Assembly (NCBI RefSeq): GCF_009834535.1
Contig: NC_045696.1
Coordinates: 56,856,001 to 56,920,000, forward strand
DNA: 64,000 nt
Origin: Camelus ferus
Taxonomy: Eukaryota
Direction: 5' to 3'
Shown: piece by piece, positions 27,925 to 40,564 of the stretch
Layout: every line of letters starts with the position of its first letter
Numbering within the stretch: the first letter of the stretch is position 1
Translations under genes and position numbers: made by a program
Notes under the pieces: generated by a model
Seen by the model: only the letters and a program-made list of their open reading frames with translations
Database searches by the model: none
Told to the model about the DNA's origin: nothing

Positions 27925-28822
27925 TTTTTCCCCTTCCTCATATTGCCCTTCCCCACTTCCCTCTCCTCACTGGTGACCACTAGTTTATTCTATTTCTTTT
28001 TTGTTTTATTCACTAGCTTGTTTTTTTTTTTTTTTTTTTAGATTCCATATGCAAGTGATATCACCTATTTGCCTTTGTCTGTCTGACTTATTTCACTTAG
28101 CATGATGTCCCCCAAGTATATCCATGTTGCTGCAAATGGCAAAATTTTATTCTTTTTAATAGCTGATTAGTATTCCATTGTATATATCTATAGCTATTTA
28201 TGTATCTATATCTATACCTATAGCTATATCTACCACATCTGTACCCATTCATCTGTTAATGGACAGTTAGGTTGCTTCCATATCTTGGCAACTGTAAATA
28301 ATGCTGCTATGAACATTGGGGTGCATGTATCATTTTAAATTAGTGTTTTTGTTTTGGTGGAATTGCTGGGTCTTATGGTAGTTCTATTTGTAATATTTTG
28401 AGAAAACTCCATACTGTTTCCCACAGTGGCTGTACCAATTCACATTCTCACCAACAGTATAGGAAGATTCTCTTCTACACATCCTCACCAACATTTTGTA
28501 TTTGTATTCTCTTTGATAGCCATTCTAACCAGTGTGAGGTGATATTGTGGTTTTGGTTTGCATTTCCCTGAAGATTAGCTATGTTTAACATCTTTTCATG
28601 TGCCTGTTGTCCTCTTTGGAAAGATGTCTGTTCAGTTCTTCTGTCCATTTTTTAATTGGGTTGTTTGATTTTATATTGAGTTGTATGAGCTGTTTATATA
28701 TGCTGGATATTAACTCCTTATAGGTCACATCATTTGCAAATATTTTTTCTCATTCAGCAGGTTGTCTTTTTGTTGATAGTTTCCTTTGCTATGCAAAAGC
28801 TTGTAAGTTTAAGTAGGTCTCA
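27925..28822 (-). mobile_element. L1 3' UTR / ORF2 C-terminal fragment
   Basis: Same motifs as the nested L1 (catgttgctgcaaatggcaaaatt, tgctatgaacattggggtgcatgtatc, gtgtgaggtgata). Confidence 0.85.
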
Positions 28823-29764
28823 GGCCACATAGTCTTATAAAAGGTTTATTTTTTTCTTATTTGTAAATAAATTTACATCAAAGTCTTATAGTGGTATAAA
28901 ATTTAAATCACATTTAATTATACATGTAATGAATAACTTTCATTTAAAAGTATACAATTACATAAAGAGAAAATTAAAAATTCAGCCAAGACATGTATTA
29001 GTTAATACAATATTTGCATTGTCATTTTCATCATCTGCTGTTGAAATGATAGCACATTATTCCCTGCACACTTGTTTAAAGAACTCAGCTTGCTTAATAG
29101 TTGTTTATTCTTTCCAGTTTTTTTCCAGAATTTCTTGCCAAGTCTCTGAATACTCCATGTGGATTATTGGGAAAGATTTTACAGTAATCAGTGGCTGCCA
29201 ATGGTTATTACAATTTCCAAAAGTTATTAGTGAGGAAAAACACAAAAAAAACAGAACAACATCAAAGAATAAGCAAGTAAACAATAATAGCAAAACTCTT
29301 CTCCATCCAGAGTTTGAATAAAGGGAGACTGAGTTTAAACATTTTCTTTCTGTTTGGAAGAATAATGTTTTCCTTGTTGAAAATCTTTAAACATATTCAA
29401 CCATCTTTGATCTATAGATATATTTTCCTTCATTGTATTTCACTAGCAAGTTGTTGTTAAGATGTCACCTAAGAACACAGTGTTAATTAAAAAGATAATA
29501 TGCCTATTTTCCAAGATTTTCCATTCTGTACCTCCCCAGCTGAACTTAGCCAAGCTTATAATTTCTACAAAGATTTCCTTTCTAAAGGACTAGTTGTAGT
29601 TGTAGTTAATTATTAACTTATAAATACCCAGCTGCCTACTTCCCAATGTCCAAATCATATCAAACAGCATTTTAGTAGGTTTCATGTTAAGGTCTCTTAT
29701 AATTCTTTTATGATCACCAGTATTCGTAAGACACACCTAATATTGAAAAGGGGAAAAAAAAAAA

Positions 29765-29990
29765 AGCTAACATAGAGGGTTTCCTATGTGCCAGGCAGTG
29801 TGATGAATGCTAAAATGAATTCTCTCACTTAATCTTTACAACCATCCTATGAGGTTGGTAATTTTATCTTCCTTTTATAGATAAGAAAATTGAAACACAG
29901 AATCTAAGTTAAGTAACCTGTCCAAGGTCACATGCTGAATAAGTAGCAGACTCGGGTCTGTCTGAAATCAGTGTTCCTGCTCTTAAAAAT
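29765..29990 (-). mobile_element. MIR SINE
   Basis: ctatgtgccaggc...aatctttacaaccatcctatgagg...ttttatagataagaaaattgaaacacaga...gttaagtaacctgtccaaggtcaca. Confidence 0.85.
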
Positions 29991-32900
29991 ACATTATTGT
30001 GTATCCTCCTCCACAGGTTTTACCACTCAAATTTAAAAATGGCATCATGGAAAACTGGTATTTGTTGAGTTGCTAGCAGGTTTTTTAAGTGGCTTTGATA
30101 GTTTGATAGAACAATGGTATAGAATATTTTAAATAGATGCTGTCCCAGAAAATTTAATAAATTTGGTTTCCATAATTAAAGCACATTAGTTAGACACAGA
30201 CACATTTGAAAGACCACGCAAAACAAAGTAATACTTGCATTAAGTAAGGGATTATGACTGAAGACAAGAGTGGGAATAGTGGGGAGGAAGCAGTGAGACA
30301 GAGAAATAAAATTTGTTTTTCTCATTGAGGAGAGCTAGAAGAAGCCATAAATCATTCTGGCTATTACTGAATAAATACTTGTAAAGTTCTTCAGCTTTGC
30401 AAAAGGTTAAGAGAACAACATTTTGTAAGCCCAAGCTAGCCAAGGAGCTGATTGAAAGGGAGGGCTTATCCTGAAGGGCCAGAGAGGACCCACTTAAAGG
30501 GTTTTCTCTGGTCTTAGAGTCTGCAGCTGGGCAGACAAGAAGTCACTCATCCTTTTCCTACTCTCATAACTCTCTCTGGGAATTTTTGTTTATGGTAAAG
30601 CAAAGTCATGCTGGCATCCTGTCTATTCTCTAAAACTGTAGTGTGCCAATTTTAGCAGAGCTTATAACTAATGTGGACATTTACAAAATCTTATCTTAAC
30701 ATTTTATTAGCCATTATAAAAATTAACTAAGTAGTGGCATTATTAAATTTTGTGACTGCTATCACAAAAACAAATGCATATTCCTATTTAAACTGGTCCA
30801 AGCATCACGAGTCATGGTGTACCAAAGCTTTAGGAAACAAGAGAGGGTGGTTATAAAAGAAACTTGTCTCCAATTGTCTCCATATTTCAAACCCAGGAAA
30901 GACTGTCAACACTTTGTAGTTTTTAATCATTTACATCAGGGTCAGAGCATTTATCGTCTGTGGTCTGAATCTTTCTCTCCTGTTCAATTTGTATGAACAA
31001 ATTCCAAGGGTTCACATCTCTATTTGGTCTACAGTGGTGAAAACGCAACCTATTTTTAAGTCTTAAATATTCTTTTAAGATTTAGTTGTTTTCCTATGAA
31101 ATTATCATTCTGTAGGTCCATCTATATTTCTTTCTTTATCCTTTAAGCTCTCCCTGTGCTTATTTTCTCATTTTCCCCTCAAATAACAATAGCATATGAC
31201 AAAATTATAATTTTAATTTGTTGATATAATTGAATGGAGGTTTGTGTTATTACTTTTTAAATTCCAAAGTCAAACGTGTCAGTGACTTTCTTTCTAACCT
31301 CAAAGGTCTATGGAAACTTTTATATTTTCTTCCTCTAAACTGAAATTACAAGCATTGCTGAAATCATATGTTTTATCTTGTCATAGTTTTCTGCTCTGTT
31401 TAGTTGATTATGCTTACCAATTTTTATCATTTTAAAACCCTCTCTGAGTTTTTTCAACATCTAAACAGAAAAAGTCAATGTAGGTGGTATGGGATATTGC
31501 TTTACAAAAAGATTCATTGTCACGTGAGTTCTCCACAGGAACCTAAGGTCATAATGAGGGTATAAATTGGTGAAACCTTTTAAAAATGGAAATGATTAAA
31601 TAGATTGTGTAAATATACATATGATTGAATATATATTGACATTCAAAATGGTATTTCTGAAGAATATTTAATGAAGTGCAGAACACAAAATGTTTATTTC
31701 ACAACAAAATGTTTAGTTAAAAAAACAGGAATCAAAATGGTATATACTGGACAATTCCAATTTGTTTAAAAATGTCCTGGAAAGGACTACAAATAAATGT
31801 CCAGATTTTCTAAAGTTTCTATAAAAAGCACTCCTTACTTTGATATTCAGATATTCAGGCATATAAATAGAAGTATTAATAAAAGCTGTGATCTCCAGGT
31901 ATCTCTAATTGGTAGACAGATACTTTTTAGGATTCCTGTGCTTATGCCTACTGTAGGCTACAGTTCATCTCTGTTGGCCAGTAGCTACCTAGATATCTAT
32001 TTAATTCCCTTTTCAACAAGGCTTTGTAATATTTAGGAATAGAAGGCAATACACATTGACTAAATAAATAATACAAAGACAGAATTCTGGATTGGAAGGA
32101 ACCTCAAAGTTCATCTAGTCCAAATTCTCTTCCTCTCCTTCAATTTCAGCAATAGTCAACCTATAGATACAAGGGACTTTTTTATTGATAACAATGGTAA
32201 AATAAATTCAACTCTAAAGTAAGTTCCTATAAACTATTTCACTAAAGATAAAGAGTAATGAACATAATAACAATATATTTGTATAGTGGTTTGAATTCTG
32301 TAAATCACTTTTGCATACATAATCTAATTTCTCCCTTATAATAGGCCAGGTAATATAAAGGAAGAACTGAGGCTTAGAGGCTGAAAGGACTTGCTAGTAT
32401 TTCAGCTAGAAGTACTAACACTAAATCCCAACACTAAATCCCTTTCTCTTACCACATCTCAATGTGATGAATGGATATGTGAAAATCTATTTTTAAAGAT
32501 GTACAAAGAGCTGATTTTAATTACATGTTTAATGGCAAATATTTGAGTTTTGTTCTAGAAAGCTTGAGTTCTGTTTGCAATTCTGTCATTGATTGTGTAC
32601 TGAGCCATATTCTGTATGTTTTGGGTCTATCCTAATGACCCCTCCCTGTTTATCTAAAACCCATGAGAGCTATAACATGATCTAATTAACCCTGTGGTTT
32701 CTTCCTTTGTGGGCATAGAGTATGTTGAATAAGGGATTTTAATGCTTGTTGCTATTTCCTGCCATGTGACAGAAAGCTGACAATTATCAATCAGTACTTC
32801 TCCTAAAGGATGTAAAATAGTGTCAGAAAAAAGTCAGATAAAGATTTCGGAAGGAAAGATAATTCTTAATCCTTTTAAATACTTTCCAGAAAGGCTATAG

Positions 32901-33529
32901 GTGGAACCTGTTTTTCAGCTGTGTTCTTTTAATGAAATTCTAACTCCTAGACTGGTAAATACCAAAGGATGGTGCTATAACTTGATGGAGGAGTCAGAAA
33001 TGGGTGATAAATTAGGTTGCTTAATCCAAAAGCCAGTATCTCAGGGTAAGCAGATTGGAAATGTTCACTGTCACTGATGTAAATAATTGTCAGCCTGGCC
33101 TTATGTCAGCCTGGTCTTGCATCATCACTCTCCCTCCACCCAAAATTCCCTTCCAGCTGTTATGATATTCCTGAGACTATAGCCTTTCTGGGCAATGTCT
33201 AATTAGTTATTGAATAACTGATTATCTTCTATTTTGGTGGGATACTCCCCTGGGACTCTTAACATATTTCAAATTATACTGAGATTTCTTGTGAAATAAG
33301 AATCTTCCATTAGCCTGCCATCCCAAATGTTCTCTGCTGTTAGTTCCCACTCTCCACAACTCTCAAATGTCTTTTTAGGTCTAGTGTCCAAACTCCTTAG
33401 CAGATATTTTCCTTTTTTTTCCTGTTCTGTCTGTTTTACCCTAATACTTATATTGTATAATAATTTCCTTTTCTAATATCAAATATCTATATAATGGGAT
33501 TTCCTTAATGTCTCCAAAGAAAACTAACA

Positions 33530-33755
33530 GCATGAGGAAAGAGCTTCAGGATATGATTTATAAGAATCCAAATTCCTATTTCACAACTGACTAAGTGTAT
33601 GATTTGGGGCATACTACTTAACACTTCTTTGGTTCCGTTTTCTCATCAGTAAAATGGAGTTATCAGTAGCTACCGTATGTTATTATTGTGAGAATTAAAT
33701 GAGAGACTAAATGTAAAATTGTTTTCAAAATCCCAGCTCATAGTAGATGCTCTCC
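33530..33755 (+). mobile_element. MIR SINE
   Basis: gttttctcatcagtaaaatggag...ttattgtgagaattaaatgag core. Confidence 0.7.
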
Positions 33756-33784
33756 TCAAAGAACCTTGAATTTGATTGTCATAT

Positions 33785-34190
33785 TATTATGGGCTGAATT
33801 GTATCCCTTCCACCCCCAAAGTCATATGTTGAAGTCCTAAACCCCACTACCTCAGAATGTGACTGTGATTGGAAATAAGGCCTTTAAAAGGTTAAGTTAA
33901 AATGAGGCCACTAGGGTGGGCCTTAATCAAGTCTGACTGGTGTGCTTTTAAAGGGAAATTTGGACACACAGAGACACCAGGGATGCATATATGCAGAGGA
34001 AAGGCCATATGAGGATACAGTAAGAAGGAATTCATATACAAGCCAAGAAGAGAGTCCTCAGAAGAAACCTAATCTGTTGACACTTTCATCTTGGACTTCT
34101 AGCATCCAGAACTGAGAGAAAATTAGTTTCTTTTGTTTAAGCCACCCAGTCTGTAGTATTTTGTTATGGTAGCCCTGGCAAACTATTACA
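33785..34190 (+). mobile_element. MLT1B-like MaLR solo LTR, complete
   Basis: Starts tattatgggctgaattgt, ends ttgttatggtagccctggcaaactattaca; 5-bp TSD CATAT at 33780-33784 and 34191-34195. Confidence 0.9.
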
Positions 34191-34259
34191 CATATATCCA
34201 CTATTTCAAAGTAATTGACCCCACCTTCTTCTTGTTCCAGTTTCTCTAATTAGTAACAG

Positions 34260-34500
34260 GGCAGTGATTAAGAACATGATCTTAGAAGTTAGACAGCCTT
34301 GAATTTGAAGACTGGGTTGGTTATCCACCTAAATGACCTTGGGTGAATTTCTCAAATGTTTTTGAATCTCAAGTTTCCTCACCTGTAAAATGGGAATAAT
34401 ATCTATCTTATAGAGTTATAGTAAGGATCAAGTATGAAGAGATGTTTGTAAATTTCATATTCTATTGTCTCATATAAAGGTGCTAAATAACTTTTAGAAC
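34260..34500 (+). mobile_element. MIR SINE
   Basis: cagtgattaagaacatg...tgaccttggg...gtttcctcacctgtaaaatgggaataata. Confidence 0.75.
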
Positions 34501-37500
34501 TTATTATCCTTATATATGATGGACCATTTATGTGTGTTTTGTCAATTTGGCTTAGTATTCTCCAAGCCTGGTCAGTTTAGTAAATCTCTGTGTGAAGTGC
34601 CACACATGTATATATTTTCTAATTACTTGATTATTTTTGTGGTGTGGAAAAACAGCATCTGTTAACTTCATTGTTGGCTTGAAGCTGAGATCACAAACCC
34701 ATAAAGTGAGCTGTAATATATTTTAAATGTATATCCTAAAAATCCTTCTAATGTATTAGATTTGTTTAAGTGATATGATAATTTTGCTCCAAGGACCAAG
34801 TTTAGACTGTTTTTCTTGCAGTTCTTCAAACTTGTCATTTTAGGAAGACACATGGCTTATTAGAAACTCCTCTCCATGAGGTATTCTAGTTTGCAGTGGA
34901 ATGAACAAGGCTCCACAATTTTATCATCTGACTCAATTCTAAAGTTCTCTACATTATTTATAAGGTATATTTCATATCTGGTCTCATTCCCTTTACCAGA
35001 TGGTTTACAGAATAACATCTTATTTCTCTTCAATTAATTAAGGATAGAATTTGCTTCCATAGATAGTTCACTGTGCTTCTCTCATCTAGTAAGATTTTTA
35101 GGCTGTAACTGTTTATGCTGTCTCCTCTTATACATAATGCACCCTGTCTCTTGCTCATTTCTATCTTTTGCTCAGTTTGTAAACTGGCATCATAATATGC
35201 TTTGTTCATAGTGTCTGTCTCTCCCTCTATGAGACTACAATTATGTGAAGATTTTTACTTGCTGTCAAATAATTATTCAAATTAATACTTACTATAGGCA
35301 CTTACTATGTATAAGGCACTGTGCTATCTATCCACTGTGGAGGAAGAAGGATATTTAAAATAGCCCCAAAGAGCCCACAATCTCAGCATTCTAATAGTAT
35401 TTTTTTAGGCTTCTAATATTTGTTTGGAAACATTTATATATTCTGACTTGATTTTTCTTCCACTTCCCATTCCTATTTGTTGTCCTATCTGAAGGGATAT
35501 CTACTCTGTCACCTCTTTTTAACCCAAGAAGGCCAGTAAGTTCCCTCCAGGTCCTCAAGCAGAGTCTTTGTCAATGTTTTGTGTGCTTTTGCATTCTCAG
35601 TTCGCTGGTAATTTTTAGAATAAAACCATCATTTATCTTGCTAAAGTAGTACAGTTGTTAGTGATAAATGGTTTGAGGGGTTTTCTTGCAAACTCTACAC
35701 CTCACTTTGCTGAATCAGGATATTTTCTTTTATATTCTCATCAAAAGGCCAAACCATCCCTTGCTATAGGCTTGCTTTCCTTTGTTTGAAAATTAAGTTG
35801 CCAATAGACTTTCTGATGAAGGAATGGAGGGCACCTGAATCCATTATTTTAGATAACAATGCCTAGTTCTCAGAGTTAGAGCAATTCCCCTCCCCCCTTT
35901 TTAAAAGAAAAGCAACACATAAAAAAGAGAAAAGCAAACTCTTTAGCTTCAGTTGGAACTTAGAGATGAAATGGGCAAGGAAAAAGAGAGTAATAACAGA
36001 TATATATTTTTTTAGGAATCCAATATAATATTTGGAACTCTACAAAAATCTAATTTACATCAGACATGGCCTTTGTTTCACCCTTATGTTTGCCCCTCCA
36101 AAACCGGATATAATTGGGTACCATTCATAAATCTTTTACTAGTAACTATTAAAAACCAACTGTTCAAAACCCTTTAAGCGCATCTTATATGAGAAATATT
36201 GTGTCAGGTGCTGAATAAAATAGGAGAAATTTACAATACCTTGCCTGACTCTGGTGTTAACCGTCTAACTGTGGCAATGGGATACTACCAGGCAGAATTG
36301 GGGGGTCTTTGGGAGGTCTCCAAAGGAGTAAAATAGTACTGAAAAAATAAAAAATAAGAAAAGAGATGAGCATTGAGCTGAGGATCCAAAAAAACTGGGC
36401 TCTATTTTCCATCTCTGCCATTTCTGTGCTATGTGACTTTGGGCAACTCATTTTTCTTTCAGGTCTCCCTTTTTATCCCTCATCCTCCCCACCCCTCCGT
36501 GTACCCCCCAAAAAAAGAAAAGAAAGAAAAAGAAGAGGTTATCCTAGAAGATCTCTTAAATGTAAGAATATATGGGATGATTACTAACTAGCTGTCTTGC
36601 ATTGCCCAGATTGAAGTCTAGGAACCTGAGCTGCCCTCATTTTCACAGATTAAGAAATCGAGGTCCCCAAACTCCCCTAATTCAGTAGTAAGTCAGGGCT
36701 GAGGACGACATCTTTCCATCCTGATGCTATTTTTTTCAATCCTGCACCAAATAGTGCATCTTTCAAAATGATTATTGTGACTCACAGAAAAAGCTTAAAG
36801 TATATTCTTGACACGGTTTACTAAGTGAGAGAAATGTTTCTCAAAAAAAAAATCTTTGTATATGTGAAAATGGGGAGAAGGGGCAAGTCTACGTAGAGAA
36901 AATAAGGTGATCGAATCATTCCTTAGGAACTGTAAGGTTATATATTCCAAAACTTCATTGGAATACAATTCCGTATGGCAGAAGTGACTCGTTAAACAAT
37001 TATGCAAGTAGCACAGCAGTGAGAGGAACCCGTGGATGCACCTGGTGAGCGGGGAGAGGCTCAGAGGTGATAAACTGCAAAACACTTGACCAGTTCACAA
37101 TATTGCCAGAGTCAAACCTAGAGAAAACCTTCCTGCAGCCTCGGACTCAAGGCGCCCAAGTTCGTACGCTTCGTGGCATTCTATTGACTCACACTTGCGT
37201 CCTTCAACAGGTAGCGCCAATTACAGCCCCCAAAGCACGGCCCCCCGGCATACTGGCCAATACCGCTGTCAATCAAAGACTTTACCTACCTTTCTAAATT
37301 TTCCCCTCCCCCTTTCATTGGCTCTTCCTTCGACCTATCCCTAAATTTCTTCCGCGCCTCGCGACCTCGGAACTTGGCCTTTTGGAGCCTAGGATTGGAG
37401 CCGAGGCTACTCCCGCCCTTTGACGTCCCAGAGCTCTCCGCTCCTTTCGCGGAGCGAGGGGGTGGCTCGGGGGCGGGGCTTGCCTCCCACGGCGGGAGGG

Positions 37501-37509
37501 CGGAGCCTG

Positions 37510-37674
37510 CGGTGGAGGTTGCCTGCTCCGTTAGGACCTCGGAGAGCGCCGGGCGCCGCGACCAGAGGGACTGGAGAAGCGGCTGGAGCCGGGCGGGACC
37601 GACGCCTGCGAGCCCGCGTCCTTCCGCACCCTCTGTTTTCCGGGCTGGCAGGCGGCTCGTGGCGGCTGAGGAAG
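37510..37674 (+). other. STXBP5L: Probable non-coding first exon of STXBP5L (boundaries uncertain)
   Basis: An upstream exon is required because a splice acceptor precedes the ATG by 8 nt. This segment lies just downstream of the GC boxes. Candidate donor AAG|GTGCCT at 37675 is weak; GTGAGC at 37767 and GTGAGG at 37793 are alternatives. Confidence 0.4.
37530..37550 (+). promoter_or_regulatory. RE1/NRSE (REST binding site), candidate
   Basis: GTTAGGACCTCGGAGAGCGCC matches TTCAGCACCACGGACAGCGCC at 16 of 21 positions, with correct half-site spacing and one mismatch to the degenerate NTYAGMRCCNNRGMSAG consensus. It lies in the promoter of a neuronal exocytosis gene. Confidence 0.65.
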
Positions 37675-38787
37675 GTGCCTAAGTCGAGAGTCAGATAGTC
37701 ATCCCTCTGGGACGCCGACGCCGCCGTCCAGCCGCGGCTCCCTCACACCTGTGTGTGTTTGTGCGCGTGAGCGCTCGCGCGCGAACGTCTCCGTGAGGGT
37801 GTTTTGTGTGTCCTTCGGATGGGCGCGCGAATGTCTGTGTGAGGGTGTTTGTGTGTTCGCGCGCCCAAGGGCGAGAGCCCCTCGTCTAGGCGCTTAGCCC
37901 GGCGAGTGACCGCCGGAGCGGCGGCTCTGCTCGCCCAGCAGGCTGAAGCGGGACTCGGCCGCAACCGTCGCCACCTCTGCCTCATGTCCCCCGCCGTGCT
38001 GCGGGGAGAGCGGACCGGCGGGCGAGCGTGCTGGCAGCTGCAGGCAGAGCCGGGCGGGAGGTTTGGGTGGGAGGGGAGGAGGGGGGGGCAGAGACGCGGG
38101 GAAGGAAGGGGAGGAGGAGGGAGAAGCCAAGGCAGCCGGCGACGCCGCTCGCCTTTCCCGTCGGCTGTTGCGTTGGGTCACCCGCAGTTGCTTTGGGGTC
38201 CGGGCTGTTCCTTGTGGGGAATGGAAAAAGGCCTCCCTGCATTTCCTACTGAGAAAAAGGGAGCGTTGAAGATGATGGGGGAGAGCCCAGAAGGTGGTGG
38301 CAGAGTAAATACCAGCTTTCCCCCCCACTTCCCATCATTTTTCTGAAAATAAGATACTGTGAGCTCAGCCTTTAGGAGGAAAGCCCGCCTTTAAGAGAGA
38401 GAGTCTTGGTCTCTTGGCCCCTGGTTTGATTGTATAATAACGATGATATAATGCTAATGACGATGATGACACTGCCTTTTATTTTTACCGGGGTGTTGAT
38501 AAAGCGTAGCTACAGCTGGGGATAAAGCCCTTAAAAAATTGATGTATGAGGAGGAAATATTGTTGCTCTCGGAGTTGTCTTTAAATTTTTATTTTTGAAG
38601 GATATGCTTTTTAGAATTAAAATTTGATAAACTGAAGGCTTTTTTTTTTTAAAATCATTTAAAGCCAATGCTCGTAAAATGGGGACTGGCTACTGCCATG
38701 ACTGATGAAAAACTAAACACTTTTGCCCTCGTACAATTCTCTGTGTTTAAGTCACCCTTTCCTTTGAATTTCTCAACAGTTTTTGAA

Positions 38788-38976
38788 ATGAAGAAGTTTA
38801 ATTTTCGGAAAGTTTTGGATGGCTTAACTGCCTCCTCCCCTGGCAGTGGTAGCAGCAGTGGCAGTAACAGTGGTAGTGGGGCTGGAAGTGGTTCCGTGCA
38901 TCCAGGAGGGACTGCAGGGGTTCTCAGAGAGGAGATTCAGGAAACCTTGACTTCAGACTATTTCCAGATTTGTAAG
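38788..38976 (+). CDS. STXBP5L: Syntaxin-binding protein 5-like (tomosyn-2), first coding exon; CDS continues beyond the window
   Basis: Translation MKKFNFRKVLDGLTASSPGSGSSSGSNSGSGAGSGSVHPGGTAGVLREEIQETLTSDYFQICK matches the tomosyn-2 N-terminus as I recall it. Acceptor tttctcaacAG ends at 38779 (8 nt of 5' UTR, 38780-38787). ATG context gaaATGa. Strong donor AAG|GTAAGT after 38976 (189 coding nt, phase 0). Confidence 0.96.
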
Positions 38977-40564
38977 GTAAGTTTTGAATTGGCTTAAAAC
39001 TTATTATTTCTTTATTTTGCTGCTGTGAGGAAATACACACATTAGGTTCTGGAAATTGTTGAGATGCCAGTATCAATCTGGTGCAGAGAATTCTGTGAGT
39101 AGGTCAGTTTGAATTAATAGAGCTATTCTAGGCATCAACGTCAGCATCAACTTAAAAAACAATGATAGTTTAGAGGGGAATAAGCAAACATAAGAAGTAG
39201 AATCTTCAAGATAATATTAAGGCCCAATTGTGGACTTTTTATTGTAATATTTATGTATGAGTAGTAAATGGAAGGAGAAAATCATCATTCTGGTTAATCC
39301 TGTACTGTCATTCAGAGAAATTAATTTTATTTCATTATTCAGTATAAAATGATTAAAGGTATTAAGATGTTGCTAGAATTAAGTAGGTAATAGCTAGGTA
39401 AATATATTCATTTTTAAAGACCTAATGATATTGTTTAAAATTCTGAATAAAAATACCCCTGGATTCTTAAATTCTTAATAAACAAACAAGCAAATGCCAA
39501 ATGGGCTTAATAGTTAAGAACTTGTAACACTTGTAAGAACTCAAAAACAGCCTATATTCTGGTTTAGTGAGGAAACATTTTAGGTAATTATACTGTAGTG
39601 TTGAACTTCTAATAAATAACTAAAAATAGATATTCTGATGGGGGGAGATGAGAATTTACCAAACAAGCATTATGTTAATATAGAGAGATACTGTTCTATT
39701 TTCTGACACAAAGTGATTTATAATTTTTATTGTCCTTTTTTGGGGGGTAGTCTAGGAATGTCATGTGCAATGAAAAAGTTAACAAGTTGTTCATATGATG
39801 CAGATATTGTTTTATAATTGTATTTTAATACATGAGAAGAAATAGTAAATTTTTAAAATTATAGAAATTGTTTAATTTTTAATATTTCAACACAAATTTT
39901 TTGAAATTAAAATTATTTTTATAGTAAACAAATTATGTATAAAGGGAAAGTTTCAATTTTTGCCTTAGTTTCTGTTCCCAGTAGGGTTATAAAAACATTA
40001 AATCTATAATTATTAAAATATTATATATTAGTTTACATAAAAGCAAGTTTATTTAGAATTAGGTTAGATATACAGATTTGATTCTAATCTACCCTGTGAA
40101 GTCTATATACAATACAATTTTGTATACAAAGGTATATACAATTTTGTCCTCACTTTGAAATAATAGATATTTTGTCAAATTAGGGAGGAGCTTAATAGTG
40201 GTCATGAGGCAAATGTGTCCTGGAGGTCAAATTTGAACTGCTCAGCAGGGGAATTATGCCCTAATTCTGTAATCTTTGACGTATTAGTATTACCATTCCA
40301 AGACTCTGAAAAGATTTCCAAATTCTCTCAGTTCATGAATGTCATAGTGATGCAGGAGAGTTTTAGTAGAGGTAAAATTGATATAGAAAAGATAAATTTC
40401 TGAAACAGAATGGCATGGGTCTGTTGAGTTTATAAAGCTGGTAGAGAAGGTATTAAGTAAAACATTTCAGGGGAAATGGGTGAATGCAACAGAGGAAAAT
40501 GGGGTATATAATCTCCTTTCTATTTATTCAGACAAAAAGTCATGCAAAGTGGCAGAAGTTAAAT

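Larger units (their letters stand above)
37200..38215 (+). promoter_or_regulatory. CpG-island promoter of STXBP5L
   Basis: Abrupt GC- and CpG-rich block in an AT-rich background, 0.6-1.5 kb upstream of the first coding exon. CCAAT at 37217-37221 and 37257-37261; ATTGG at 37317-37321 and 37394-37398; GC boxes GGGGCGGGGC at 37470-37479 and GGGCGG at 37498-37503; CRE-like TGACGTCC at 37421-37428. No obvious TATA box. Confidence 0.9.

Noticed and set aside
28929..29321. 130-aa ORF as a novel gene
   Set aside because: AT-rich, no domain, promoter or splice support. It may be an old DNA-transposon remnant, which I could not classify.
37374..38346. Cluster of overlapping 68-165 aa ORFs on both strands in the CpG island
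   Set aside because: Expected from stop-codon scarcity in GC-rich DNA. Low-complexity Arg/Gly/Ala/Pro translations with no recognisable domain.
38668..38997. 109-aa ORF taken as a complete protein
   Set aside because: It reads through the acceptor at 38779 and the donor at 38977. Only 38788-38976 is supported as coding.
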